From an uncultured Planctomycetales bacterium (GTDB taxonomy: Bacteria > Planctomycetota > Phycisphaerae > SM23-33 > FEN-1343), in the NCBI GenBank assembly GCA_964535025.1, contig CAZHRW010000149.1:11932-75931 (forward strand): a stretch of DNA of 64,000 nt, given 5' to 3'. The notes beneath the pieces are model-generated. The model did no database searches, had not been told where the DNA came from, and saw only the letters and a program-made list of their open reading frames with translations. Every line of letters begins with the position of its first letter. Position 1 is the first letter of the stretch. The position numbers were made by a program, and so were the translations under genes. Of the stretch, positions 55,168-64,000 are shown one piece after another.

Positions 55168-56331
55168 TCACTCCAGCACGGCGGCGGCCGCGTCGTTGAT
55201 CGTTCGGATCCTCCGCTGGAGGTCGGCGGCCGTCGCGCGCGGGTTCAGGCCGATCATGACAGTGCGGGCGAGGATATCCAGGGACCTCTTGCAGACGTCC
55301 CGGCCATACTGCTTGCGGCAGGCGCGGTTGGCCTTGAGGTTGAAGGGGTCCAGCGCCGGGTGGTGCGAGCCGCGCTTGGCGCGGATGGCGTCCCACTCGG
55401 TGTACGTGTGCCGGCCGGTCTTGCCGGTGACAGTCCCGCCGGCCAGGTCGGCGAAGCGGTCGGCCTGGGCGGCCGTGTCGAAGAGATAGCTGATCTGCGT
55501 GGCGCACTCGCCGTCGGGATTGTGCACCGGCGTCGGCGCCAGACCCGCCTTGGTCGTCGCGGCGGCGATCCGCCGCTTCTGCCGGCGCAGACGGCCGACC
55601 AGCCCGTCGATGCGGTCGAGCTGGACGTTCAGCAGGGCGCCCTGGATCTCCGACGCCCGCGAGCCGTTCGAAACGAACGGCTGCACGTCGGCCTTGCGCC
55701 CCGTCCAGTAGGCGTTGCAGCAGTCGATCATCGTCCGCACGCGGTTCATCACCGCCTTGCGGTTGGCGACCACCGCGCCGCCCTCGCCGCAGGTCATGTT
55801 CTTGAAGTAGTTGAAGCTGAACGCCCCCGCGTCGCCCAGTGTGCCCAGCGGCTTGCCGCGGTAGCTGCCGCCGACGGCCTGGCAGGCGTCCTCGACGATC
55901 AGCAGGTTGTACTTCTTGGCGATGCGCCGGATCGCCCGCATGTCGCACGCCACGCCCCACATGTGGACCGGCACGACCGCGCGGGTGCGGGGGCCGATCG
56001 CCGCCTCCAGCGCGGCCGGGTCGAGCGTGATCGACTCATCGATGTCGCACAGCACCGGGATCGCCCCGGCCGCCAGGACCGCCACCGCCGTGGCCATGTA
56101 CGTGTGGGCCGGCACGATCACCTCGTCGCCGGGGCCGATCTCCAGGCCGACCATCGCCGCCGTCAGCGCCGTCGTGCCCGAACTGGTCAGGCACACGTAC
56201 CGGGCGCCGAGCTTCGCGGCGTAACGCCGCTCGAACCGCTCGCACTGCCCGCCGGCGTGATAGCGGAATATCTTGCCGCTGCGGATGACCTTCGCGACGG
56301 CATCGATCTCTTTCGGGCCGACTTCCAGCAT
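55168..56331 (-). CDS. DegT/DnrJ/EryC1/StrS family PLP-dependent aminotransferase
   Basis: Fold-type I sugar aminotransferase pattern with an active-site Lys region (AFSFNYFKNMTCGEGG). Confidence 0.85.
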   Translation of the reverse strand: MLEVGPKEIDAVAKVIRSGKIFRYHAGGQCERFERRYAAKLGARYVCLTSSGTTALTAAMVGLEIGPGDEVIVPAHTYMATAVAVLAAGAIPVLCDIDESITLDPAALEAAIGPRTRAVVPVHMWGVACDMRAIRRIAKKYNLLIVEDACQAVGGSYRGKPLGTLGDAGAFSFNYFKNMTCGEGGAVVANRKAVMNRVRTMIDCCNAYWTGRKADVQPFVSNGSRASEIQGALLNVQLDRIDGLVGRLRRQKRRIAAATTKAGLAPTPVHNPDGECATQISYLFDTAAQADRFADLAGGTVTGKTGRHTYTEWDAIRAKRGSHHPALDPFNLKANRACRKQYGRDVCKRSLDILARTVMIGLNPRATAADLQRRIRTINDAAAAVLE

Positions 56332-56404
56332 GGAGAACTCCTCGTGGGACAGAACAGTAGGGGGCCGGTTTGCCCTTCGCTCTTAGCGAGGACGCCGCGG
56401 CGTG

Positions 56405-57679
56405 TCAAGGTTGCAGCACCGCGGTCGCGCCGGGCGGGAGGGGGGCCTGGGTGGCCTGGCGGACCCGCGGGTCGCTGTCGGCGGCGGCCTCGCGCAGGAG
56501 GGCGGCGACCTCGGTGTCGAACGTCCCCAGCATCCGCAGGGCCATCACCGCCCGCGGGCGGTGGGGGTGCCGGCGGTTTCGCAGGATCGCCGCCAGGCGG
56601 GGCACGGCCGGCGTGCCGATCCGCCGCAGCGCCAGCGGGGCGGCGATGTCGCGGATCCGCTCGACCGGGTCGTCCAGCGCCGCGGTCAGCGCCTCGGTCG
56701 CCGCCGCCGCGCCGCCGCGGAGCATCGACAGCGAGAGGACCGATTCGAAGCGGGTCTTCTCGTCATCGGCGCCGAGACCTTCGATCAGCGCCGGCACGGC
56801 GACGGCCGGATCGGGGTCGATCCGCCCCAGCGTCAACGCCGCGTGCTTGCGGACGCGCGGGTTCGTCTCGCCGGTCAGCACCGCCGCGATGGCCGGCGCG
56901 GCCGAGCGGGCCGCCGGGCCGAGTGTCTTGATCGCGAGGACCGCCTCGTTGCGCACGCCGGCGTCGCCGTGGCGGGTGGCGGCTACCAGCACCGGCAGCA
57001 CCGCCGACGGATCGGTCGTCCCCATCGCCCCCAGCGCTGTGGCCGCTCGCCGACGGACGTCAACGACGTCGGTTTGCAGCAGCGTGATCAGCCTGTCGAT
57101 CGCCGGTGCGGCCGCTTGAGGGTCCAGACGCCCCAGGGCGAACGCCGCCCGCACGCGGACCTCGACGACCGGGTCGTCCAGCAGCCGCATCAGCGGTTCG
57201 GCCGCCGGCGAGGACGGCTCGCCGATCCACCCCAGCGCCCGCGCTGCCGCCGCCCGCACCGAGGGGTCCGCGTCGCTCAACAGCCCCGACAGTGCCTCCA
57301 CGGCCGGCGCGGCCTGCTCCTTCATCGCCGCCAGCGCCTCGGTCGCCCCGATGCGCTCGGCGGGCGCCGCCGCCCCCAGCCGCTCGATCAGCGCTGCGAT
57401 CGCCGGATCGACGGCGCTCGGGGCCTCCGCTTCCGTGGCGGGGGCGGTGGCGACCGTTTCCACGGCGGGGGCGGTGGCGATCGTTTCCACAGGCGGCGCA
57501 GGGACCTCGGCGGCACGCTCGGCCGGTTGTGTCCGGGCCGCGGTTGGGGCGGTCGGGTCGGCGTCGCCGCGGTTGCCGCTGTCGCAGCCCGGCCTCACCA
57601 GTGTCGCAAGGCACACCGTCGCCAGGACCGACGCAGCGCTGACGGTGGCGGCGGCACGAGCTCGTGGGGTTGTATGCAT
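56405..57679 (-). CDS. HEAT-repeat (PBS-lyase-like) lipoprotein
   Basis: Lipobox (LVRPGCDSG). About eight repeats of the ...VRxxAAxALGxIG... type. Confidence 0.7.
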   Translation of the reverse strand: MHTTPRARAAATVSAASVLATVCLATLVRPGCDSGNRGDADPTAPTAARTQPAERAAEVPAPPVETIATAPAVETVATAPATEAEAPSAVDPAIAALIERLGAAAPAERIGATEALAAMKEQAAPAVEALSGLLSDADPSVRAAAARALGWIGEPSSPAAEPLMRLLDDPVVEVRVRAAFALGRLDPQAAAPAIDRLITLLQTDVVDVRRRAATALGAMGTTDPSAVLPVLVAATRHGDAGVRNEAVLAIKTLGPAARSAAPAIAAVLTGETNPRVRKHAALTLGRIDPDPAVAVPALIEGLGADDEKTRFESVLSLSMLRGGAAAATEALTAALDDPVERIRDIAAPLALRRIGTPAVPRLAAILRNRRHPHRPRAVMALRMLGTFDTEVAALLREAAADSDPRVRQATQAPLPPGATAVLQP

Positions 57680-57840
57680 GCCAGTCTCCGGATCCCGCGG
57701 GTCCGTTGTCCGCGTGGCGCACGTCGTCAGTCCACCAGAGCGTCACGCGGCTGTCAAGTCTTCGCTTGCCCATTGGACGCGGCAGCCGGCTTGGCCGGGA
57801 TCGTCTGGTGATGCCGCACGCGGGCGCGTATAATCCGCCC

Positions 57841-58542
57841 ATGATTTCGTCATCGGGGCGAACGCAGGCGACGCACGGTGCGGAGCCGTTGCACGTGTGG
57901 ACGGCGGGCGGGCTGCTATGGCTGGCGGCGAATTTGGCGGCGCTGGCCGTGGGGCTGTTCCCGCGGGCGGTTCACCCGGCGGGGGCGCCGACGGTGCCGC
58001 CGGCGCTGCAGGCGCTGGCGGTCGGACAGGTGGCGTTCGCGCTGATCGCCTATCCGCTGATGATCCACGCGCGCGGCCGGCGGCCGCGCTGGCGGGATGC
58101 GGCCGAATGGGTCGTGTGGGCGCTGCTGGCGGCGCCGTTCGTCGGCGCCGCGGCGTGGCTGGCCGACGCGGACGCCCCCGACGTGGCGCGGGCCGCGACG
58201 ATCGTCGTGGTCGCCTTCGCGGCCGGCTCGCTGCTGGGTCGCGTCGCCCTGGTCGGTCGGGCCGCGGCGTCCGTCGCCCTGCTGGCCGGCCTGGTGGCCG
58301 TCGCCGGCGGGCCGGCGGCGGTCCATCTCGCGTGGACATACCTGGCGCCCGGGCCTGGGCCGCCGGAGACGCTGTGGCGGCTCTGCCCGACCACCTTCGC
58401 CTGGTCGGCGGCCGCCTCCGGCGGCGGCGCCTGGTTGCCGTCGCCCCTCTGGCCGCCGGCGATCTGGGTGGCCGTCGCGGGCCTGCTGTGGACCCTCGGG
58501 CGGCCAGTGGGGAAAGCCAAAGGGCGACGAGCGGCAGGCTGA
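57841..58542 (+). CDS. Hypothetical membrane protein
   Basis: Several hydrophobic helices. TATAAT 11 nt upstream of the ATG. Composition is borderline for high-GC DNA. Confidence 0.4.
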   Translation: MISSSGRTQATHGAEPLHVWTAGGLLWLAANLAALAVGLFPRAVHPAGAPTVPPALQALAVGQVAFALIAYPLMIHARGRRPRWRDAAEWVVWALLAAPFVGAAAWLADADAPDVARAATIVVVAFAAGSLLGRVALVGRAAASVALLAGLVAVAGGPAAVHLAWTYLAPGPGPPETLWRLCPTTFAWSAAASGGGAWLPSPLWPPAIWVAVAGLLWTLGRPVGKAKGRRAAG

Positions 58543-58618
58543 AGGGCAGGTGTCGCGGTTGGGACGTCGCGTGTCCCACCGGGTGCCGGCCCTGATCCGC
58601 GAACGCCTGGGGCGGTGC

Positions 58619-59224
58619 TCACGCCGACGTCGGATCCGACGCGGCCTGGCGGGTGGAGGAGCGGAAATCGAGGACCTCTTCGTCGGTGGCGAGCTGATCG
58701 ATGGGGTGGTCGTGGTCGTCGCAGGGCAGTTCGTCGACGACCTGCTCGCGGAAGGCCAGGCCGAAGGTGGTTGCGACGCGTTCACCGTGGGCCAGGAAGC
58801 GGTCGTAGAAGCCCCCGCCGCGCCCCAGCCGCCGGCCGTGACGGTCGAAGGCCAGGCCCGGGACGATGATCAGGTCGATCATCTCAACCGGCACCGGGGA
58901 GGCGTGTTCCGGCGGTTCGGGCACGCCGTGACGGCCGGGGACGACGCCGGCGGCCAGCGAGGTGATCTGCAGGGGAGTCAGCCGGCGATGCTCCCACGAG
59001 ATCCGCGGCGCGGCGATAATCTTGCCGGCCTGCCAGCCGGCCAGGGCGATGGCGCCGGTGTCGACTTCGTCGTCCATCGACAGGTAGATCATCACCACCT
59101 GCGCCTGCCGGAAGGTGTCGGTGCAGGTGAGGTGCTTGCAAGCGGCGAGGGACCGCGCGTACCGGGTCATGGGGTCCATGGCCGCCAGTGTCTCACGGAT
59201 CTGTTGACGGAGCTGCGTTTTCAT
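58619..59224 (-). CDS. 5-formyltetrahydrofolate cyclo-ligase
   Basis: MTHFS family: ...IVPGLAFDRHGRRLGRGGGFYDRFL. Confidence 0.8.
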   Translation of the reverse strand: MKTQLRQQIRETLAAMDPMTRYARSLAACKHLTCTDTFRQAQVVMIYLSMDDEVDTGAIALAGWQAGKIIAAPRISWEHRRLTPLQITSLAAGVVPGRHGVPEPPEHASPVPVEMIDLIIVPGLAFDRHGRRLGRGGGFYDRFLAHGERVATTFGLAFREQVVDELPCDDHDHPIDQLATDEEVLDFRSSTRQAASDPTSA

Positions 59225-59345
59225 ACGGATGCACCCTCGTTCAGTCCGGATGCCCGAGGTCGTGGACAGTCCTGTTCGGTCGGCAGGCGTTCCCGTCGGA
59301 ACACGTGCCCCTTACCGTTTACTGTCGCCCGTCGTGTCGTCGAAA

Positions 59346-60716
59346 TCAACCCCCTGGCGCGCTTTTCCCCCGCAGCGACCGGGCGTAGCGAAGGTAGGCG
59401 GCGATGTGCTTTTCGTAGCCGCGATCGGTGGGCTCATAATAGGTGCGGTCGACGCCGAGGTAGTCCTGGTCGGGGCTGACGCCGCCGGGGTAGTCGTGGC
59501 TGTACTGGTAGCCCTCGGCGGCGCCCTCGCGGCGCATGGCGGGGTGGGGGGCGTTGCGCAGGTGCATGGGGACCGGCAGCGTGCGGTTGGCCTTGATGTC
59601 GTCGGTGGCGCCATAGATGGCCCGGGTGGCCGCATTGCTCTTGGGGGCACAGGCCATGTAAATGACGGCCTGGGCCAGCGTAAGCTGACATTCGGGCATG
59701 CCGATCTTCTCGGTGATATCGAACGCCGCCGCCGCGACGGTGATGGCCCGCGGGTCGGCGTTGCCGACGTCCTCGCTGGCGAGGATGGCGATCCGCCGGG
59801 CGATGAAGCGGGGGTCCTCGCCGGCGACGAGCATCTTGGCCAACCAGTAGACCGCCGCGTCGGGGTCGCTGCCCCGCATTGACTTGATCAGGGCGCTGGC
59901 GGCGTCGTAGTGCTGGTCGCCGTGCGTGTCGTAGACGATGGCCTTGGCCTGGATCGACTCGACGGCGGTGTCGAGGTCGACGTGGACCGGCGCGGTCTCG
60001 TCGCCGGCGGCCCGGAGCTGGCTGAGCACGGCGACCTCCAGGGCCGTCAGGGCCCGCCGCGCGTCACCGTCGGAGATCCTCGCCAGGTGAGCCAGCGCGT
60101 CGGCGTCGGCTGTGACGGCGTAGCGCCCCAGGCCGCGCTCGGCGTCGGCCAGGGCTCGCTTGAGCAGGGTGATGATGTGCTCGTCGGTGAGCGGCTCGAA
60201 GCGAAAGACGCTCGAACGGCTCAACAGGGGCGAATTGATCGCGAAGTAGGGGTTCTCCGTCGTCGCGCCGATCAGCAGGATCGTCCCGTTCTCGACGTCG
60301 GCCAGAAGCACGTCCTGCTGGGCGCGGTTGAAGCGGTGCAGCTCGTCGATGAACAGGACCGTCCGCGTCTCCCGCGTCGCCAGCTCCGCGCGCGCCGCGT
60401 CGATGATCTCCCGCACATCCTTCACCGACGCCGACGCCGCGTGCAGCGTGCGAAAGGTGCACGCACAGGTGTTGGCGATCACCCCGGCCAGCGTCGTCTT
60501 GCCCACGCCGGGCGGGCCGTGAAAGATCAGGCTGGTCAGCCGGTTCGCCTCGATCATCCGCCGCAGCAGCTTGCCGGGGCCGAGGAAGGCCTCCTGCCCG
60601 AGCACCTCGTCGAGCGTCGGCGGGCGCATCCGCACCGCCAGAGGGGCGCGCCGGGCGACGGCATCCCGCTCGGCGGGGGTGAACAAATCCGACCTGTCAG
60701 GGCGCGACGGAGCCAT
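59346..60716 (-). CDS. rarA: Replication-associated recombination protein A (AAA+ ATPase)
   Basis: GPPGVGKTTLA Walker A, LFIDELHRFN Walker B, MgsA C-terminal domain. Confidence 0.9.
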   Translation of the reverse strand: MAPSRPDRSDLFTPAERDAVARRAPLAVRMRPPTLDEVLGQEAFLGPGKLLRRMIEANRLTSLIFHGPPGVGKTTLAGVIANTCACTFRTLHAASASVKDVREIIDAARAELATRETRTVLFIDELHRFNRAQQDVLLADVENGTILLIGATTENPYFAINSPLLSRSSVFRFEPLTDEHIITLLKRALADAERGLGRYAVTADADALAHLARISDGDARRALTALEVAVLSQLRAAGDETAPVHVDLDTAVESIQAKAIVYDTHGDQHYDAASALIKSMRGSDPDAAVYWLAKMLVAGEDPRFIARRIAILASEDVGNADPRAITVAAAAFDITEKIGMPECQLTLAQAVIYMACAPKSNAATRAIYGATDDIKANRTLPVPMHLRNAPHPAMRREGAAEGYQYSHDYPGGVSPDQDYLGVDRTYYEPTDRGYEKHIAAYLRYARSLRGKSAPGG

Positions 60717-60836
60717 AACTCGCTACAAAATCGTAACCTGGGTTACGCATTTCATCGGCGGACCAACGTTGGGGTCCGCACGGGCCGATAGAGTATAGTA
60801 TACGTCACGGTCCTGGAAGTCCTAGGAGAGTTCAGC

Positions 60837-62675
60837 ATGTGCGGTATCGTCGGATACATCGGACGCAGGAAGGCGCAAGACATTCTAGTAGAGGGACTTA
60901 AGCGCCTGGAGTACCGCGGCTACGACTCGGCCGGTCTCTGCGCCGTCGCCGACGGCGCCCTGACGACCGCCAAGTGCCCCGGGCGGATCGCCAATCTCGA
61001 ACAGCGCCTCGCCGAGACGCCTGCGCTCGCCGACGCCACCATCGGTATCGCCCACACCCGCTGGGCTACGCACGGCTCGCCGACCGAGGCGAACGCCCAC
61101 CCGCACCTCAGCGACGACGGATGCATCTCGCTGGTTCATAACGGTATCATCGAAAACTACTTGGCGCTCAAGCAGTGGCTTCAGTCCAAGGGCCGCACCT
61201 TCGCCAGCGAGACCGATTCGGAGGTGCTGTCGAACCTGATCGCCGAGTTCTACGCCTCGACGGGCGACTTCGTCGAGGCCGTCCGGACGGCCCTGCACGA
61301 GGTGACCGGCACGTACGGGATCGCGGTGCTCTGTCGCGACGAGCCGGATACGATGGTCACGGCCCGGCGGGGCAGCCCGCTGATCGTGGGGATCGGCCAG
61401 GATGAATACATCGTCGCCTCCGACGCCGCGGCGATCGTCGCCCACACCGCCAACGTGGTGTATCTCCACGACAACGAGATGGCGGTCATCACCGGCGACC
61501 GGATGCGGACGATCACGATCGACAACGTCCCGACCACCAAGGACGTCGAGCTGATCGAGTACAGCCTCGAGGAGATCGCCCTGGGCGGGTTCGAGCACTT
61601 CATGCTCAAGGAGATCTTCGAGCAGCCCCAGTCGATTCGCGACTGCCTGCGCGGGCGACTGGACATGCGGGAATCGCGGGTGCAGTTGGGCGGCATCGAG
61701 TCGGTCGCCCGCGAGTTGATCCGGACCCGACGGTTCATCTTCACCGCCTGCGGCACCGCCTGGCACGCCGGACTGATCGGGGAGTTTCTCTTCGAGGATC
61801 TCGCCCGGATCCCGGCCGAGACGGAGTACGCCTCGGAGTTTCGCTACCGCAACCCGATCATCGACGGCGGGACGGCCGTGGTGGCGATCAGCCAGTCGGG
61901 GGAGACCGCCGACACGCTGGCGGCCCTGCGGGAGGCGCGGGACAAGGGCGCCCTGGCGCTGGGGATCGTCAACGCCGTCGGTTCGACCATCGCCCGCGAG
62001 ACCGACGCCGGCGTCTACCTTCACGCCGGGCCCGAGATCGGCGTGGCCTCGACCAAGGCTTTCACCTGCCAGGTCGCCGTCGAGACGATGCTCGCGCTGT
62101 ATCTCGGCCGGCGGAAGTTCATGTCGCAGGAGGTTACCACCCGCTACATGGAAGCCCTGGCCGAGATCCCCGACAAGATCGAGCGAGTCCTCGCCCAGAG
62201 CGACCGGATCCGCGACGTGGTCTCCCGCGTGGCCGGCCGGGAGAACTGGCTGTTCCTCGGGCGGGGCTACAACTACCCCGTCGCCCTGGAAGGGGCGCTG
62301 AAGCTCAAGGAGATCAGCTACATCCATGCCGAGGGGCTGCCCGCCGCCGAGATGAAGCACGGGCCGATCGCCCTGATCCACGAGGGCATGCCGGTGGTGT
62401 TCATCGCCCCGCGGTGCGGGGTGTATGACAAGATCATCTCGAACATCGAGGAGGTCCGCGCCCGCGGCGGGTACGTCATCGCCGTGGCGACCGAGGGCAA
62501 CGACGAGATCCGCCACTATGCCGACGCGGTGTTCTACATCCCCGATTGTCCCCAGGCCCTCCAGCCGCTCCTGACGGTCATCCCGCTGCAACTGCTGGCC
62601 TACCAGGCCGCGGTCCTGCGCGGGTGCAACGTCGATAAGCCGCGGAATCTGGCCAAGAGCGTGACCGTGGAGTGA
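60837..62675 (+). CDS. glmS: Glutamine--fructose-6-phosphate aminotransferase (isomerising)
   Basis: MCGIVGY N-terminal nucleophile and two SIS domains. AGGAGAG RBS. Confidence 0.95.
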   Translation: MCGIVGYIGRRKAQDILVEGLKRLEYRGYDSAGLCAVADGALTTAKCPGRIANLEQRLAETPALADATIGIAHTRWATHGSPTEANAHPHLSDDGCISLVHNGIIENYLALKQWLQSKGRTFASETDSEVLSNLIAEFYASTGDFVEAVRTALHEVTGTYGIAVLCRDEPDTMVTARRGSPLIVGIGQDEYIVASDAAAIVAHTANVVYLHDNEMAVITGDRMRTITIDNVPTTKDVELIEYSLEEIALGGFEHFMLKEIFEQPQSIRDCLRGRLDMRESRVQLGGIESVARELIRTRRFIFTACGTAWHAGLIGEFLFEDLARIPAETEYASEFRYRNPIIDGGTAVVAISQSGETADTLAALREARDKGALALGIVNAVGSTIARETDAGVYLHAGPEIGVASTKAFTCQVAVETMLALYLGRRKFMSQEVTTRYMEALAEIPDKIERVLAQSDRIRDVVSRVAGRENWLFLGRGYNYPVALEGALKLKEISYIHAEGLPAAEMKHGPIALIHEGMPVVFIAPRCGVYDKIISNIEEVRARGGYVIAVATEGNDEIRHYADAVFYIPDCPQALQPLLTVIPLQLLAYQAAVLRGCNVDKPRNLAKSVTVE

Positions 62676-62696
62676 GGTTCGTTTTTTGTCTGTTTC

Positions 62697-62723
62697 ATCC
62701 GACGGATCAGTCTGATCCGACGG
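62697..62723. terminator. Hairpin (13-bp stem with one mismatch, TCCGACGGATCAG / CTGATCCGACGGA) between convergent glmS and GatB/YqeY genes; candidate transcription stop
   Basis: Read from the sequence. A T-tract lies 5' of the stem on the plus strand, so not a canonical intrinsic terminator for either direction. Confidence 0.35.
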
Positions 62724-62740
62724 ATCCGACCGATTACTCC

Positions 62741-63181
62741 TCAGCCCCGCAACTGCTTGACCGCCTGCGCGACGATCTTCCCATCCACGGGCGCCTGTCG
62801 GCTTTTGAACGCCTTCATCGCCGCGCCGGTGGCGGCGCCGTCGTTGGGGGCGGCCTGGACGGCGGCGAGGGCGTCGTCGTCGGCCTGGAGGGCCGCCTTC
62901 GTCTCGTCGAGGTCCCACAGTTGCGGCAGCAGGGACTCAAGGATCGCGTTTTCCTGATCGAGGCGGGCGTGATCGGCGTCGGGTTTGGCGGCGATCGTCT
63001 CGTTGTTGCCGGCGATGATCTTCCGCAGCAGCTTCTGCGCCTCGTCCTCGCTGAGCTTGCCCGCGCGAGCCTTCTGGGCCTGCAACTCGCTCAGTGCCAG
63101 CCGCAGAATGCTCTTTTCGACCTCGCGGTGTTGGCGCATCGCGTCGGTCAGCCGCTCGCGGATCGTCGCTTCCAGTGTCAT
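62741..63181 (-). CDS. GatB/YqeY domain protein
   Basis: About 146-aa helical protein with the YqeY pattern. Confidence 0.75.
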   Translation of the reverse strand: MTLEATIRERLTDAMRQHREVEKSILRLALSELQAQKARAGKLSEDEAQKLLRKIIAGNNETIAAKPDADHARLDQENAILESLLPQLWDLDETKAALQADDDALAAVQAAPNDGAATGAAMKAFKSRQAPVDGKIVAQAVKQLRG

Positions 63182-63204
63182 CGTGCTCTCCCTGTAACGG
63201 CAGG

Positions 63205-64000
63205 CTATAGCCTCGGCGTCTGCAGGACCCCGCCGGTATCCGCCGACGTCGCCATCGCCGCGTAGCGAGCCAGCCAGCCGGTGGTGAATCGGGGCTTGCG
63301 GCGCTTGGCGGTCTTGCGGCGGCGGTTGAATTCGGCCTTGGAGACCTTGGCGTTGAGGGTCTGCTTAAGGATGTCGATTTCGATGATGTCGCCGTTTTTC
63401 AGCAGGCCGATCTCGCCGCCGGCGGCGGCTTCGGGCGAGACGTGCCCGATGCACGCCCCGGCCGTGCCGCCGCTGAAGCGCCCGTCGGTGATCAAGGCGC
63501 ACCGCTCGCCGAGGCCGGCGCCCTTGATGTAGCTGGTCGGCGCGAGCATCTCCTGCATGCCGGGCCCGCCCTTGGGGCCCTCGTTGCGGATCACGACGAC
63601 ATCCCCGGGCTTGACCTGGCCGGCGAGGATGCCTTCGCAGGCATCTTCCTGGCTTTCGTAGATCCGCGCCGGGCCGCTGTGGGTGTACATGGCCGGGTCG
63701 ACGCCGGCCAGCTTCACCACGCTCCCGTTGGCGGCGATGTTGCCGTACAGGACGACCAGTCCGCCCCGCTTGGTGTAGGCGGTCGCCGCGGTGCGGATGA
63801 CGTCGTCGGCATTGAACGTCCTGCCGCCGGCCTTGGCGGCCTTGGGCGTCTTGACCTGTGGCCCGGCCGCGAGGTCCGCCACGACCTCGGCCACCGATCG
63901 CCCCGTCGGCCTGCAGCCGATGTCGATCAACTCGCCGACCGCGGCGCTGGGGCGCCCGTGGCGGAGGCTGTAGGCGCGGATGTTCTGCCCGAGCGTCTTG
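63205..64000 (-). CDS. ilvD: Dihydroxy-acid dehydratase, C-terminal part (gene continues beyond the window end)
   Basis: ILVD_EDD C-terminal motifs (...[11 protein letters not shown]..., ...[12 protein letters not shown]...). Confidence 0.85.
   Translation of the reverse strand, partial: KTLGQNIRAYSLRHGRPSAAVGELIDIGCRPTGRSVAEVVADLAAGPQVKTPKAAKAGGRTFNADDVIRTAATAYTKRGGLVVLYGNIAANGSVVKLAGVDPAMYTHSGPARIYESQEDACEGILAGQVKPGDVVVIRNEGPKGGPGMQEMLAPTSYIKGAGLGERCALITDGRFSGGTAGACIGHVSPEAAAGGEIGLLKNGDIIEIDILKQTLNAKVSKAEFNRRRKTAKRRKPRFTTGWLARYAAMATSADTGGVLQTPRL

Noticed and set aside
60717-60836. glmS ribozyme upstream of glmS.
   Set aside because: The leader is only about 120 bp with no P1-P4 ribozyme architecture. 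It looks like a simple promoter (TATAGT) and RBS (AGGAGAG).

Overview
This 64-kb window is about 70% GC and densely coding. It reads as a chromosomal region of a Planctomycetota-like bacterium; that lineage call is inference from gene content: a Tat-signal sulfatase with a LamG tail, dockerin-like and PEP-CTERM proteins, four-helix-bundle proteins, an N-type ATPase, and a murC-murB-ddl-ftsQ-like block with no ftsA/ftsZ after it. No rRNA, tRNA or CRISPR array was found by eye.

Most genes are housekeeping and recognisable from motifs: sigma-70 factor, rplU, M20 peptidase, rmuC, waaA, proB, mltA, an EamA exporter, GcvR-like, def, smpB, folC, murC/murB/ddl, a DegT aminotransferase, rarA, glmS and a partial ilvD. 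A complete nine-gene N-ATPase operon is present in the order atpD-C-Q-R-B-E-F-A-G. It has no delta gene, a long b subunit, and a c subunit carrying the full Na+-ligand motif.

The non-routine content, roughly in order of interest:
1. A four-helix-bundle (Avd-family) protein fused to a topoisomerase-type Zn ribbon and a Ser-Asp repeat tail at 34.8-35.6 kb. It is embedded in about 35 copies of the palindromic heptamer GTCNGAC phased at 9-10 bp, split across three arrays.
2. A 370-bp AT-rich island at 36.1-36.5 kb with three GAATTC-centred hairpin plus T-tract elements and other direct repeats.
3. A composite 70-bp tandem and inverted repeat inside the atpD-atpC spacer of the N-ATPase operon.
4. 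A four-gene operon of two tandem radical-SAM/SPASM (NirJ/Ahb-like) genes, an S41 protease and a CIA30-domain lipoprotein.
5. An orphan FHA-GAF-histidine kinase.
6. A HicB-like antitoxin with no HicA, next to a solo TaqI/Eco57I-family N6-adenine methyltransferase.
7. Several long AT-rich dyad-symmetric elements between convergent genes.

Many long ORFs in the six-frame track are antisense shadow ORFs typical of high-GC DNA and were rejected. Start codons were refined by eye using RBS and signal-peptide context. A few coordinates could be off by one to three bases, and the track appears to render non-ATG starts as M.
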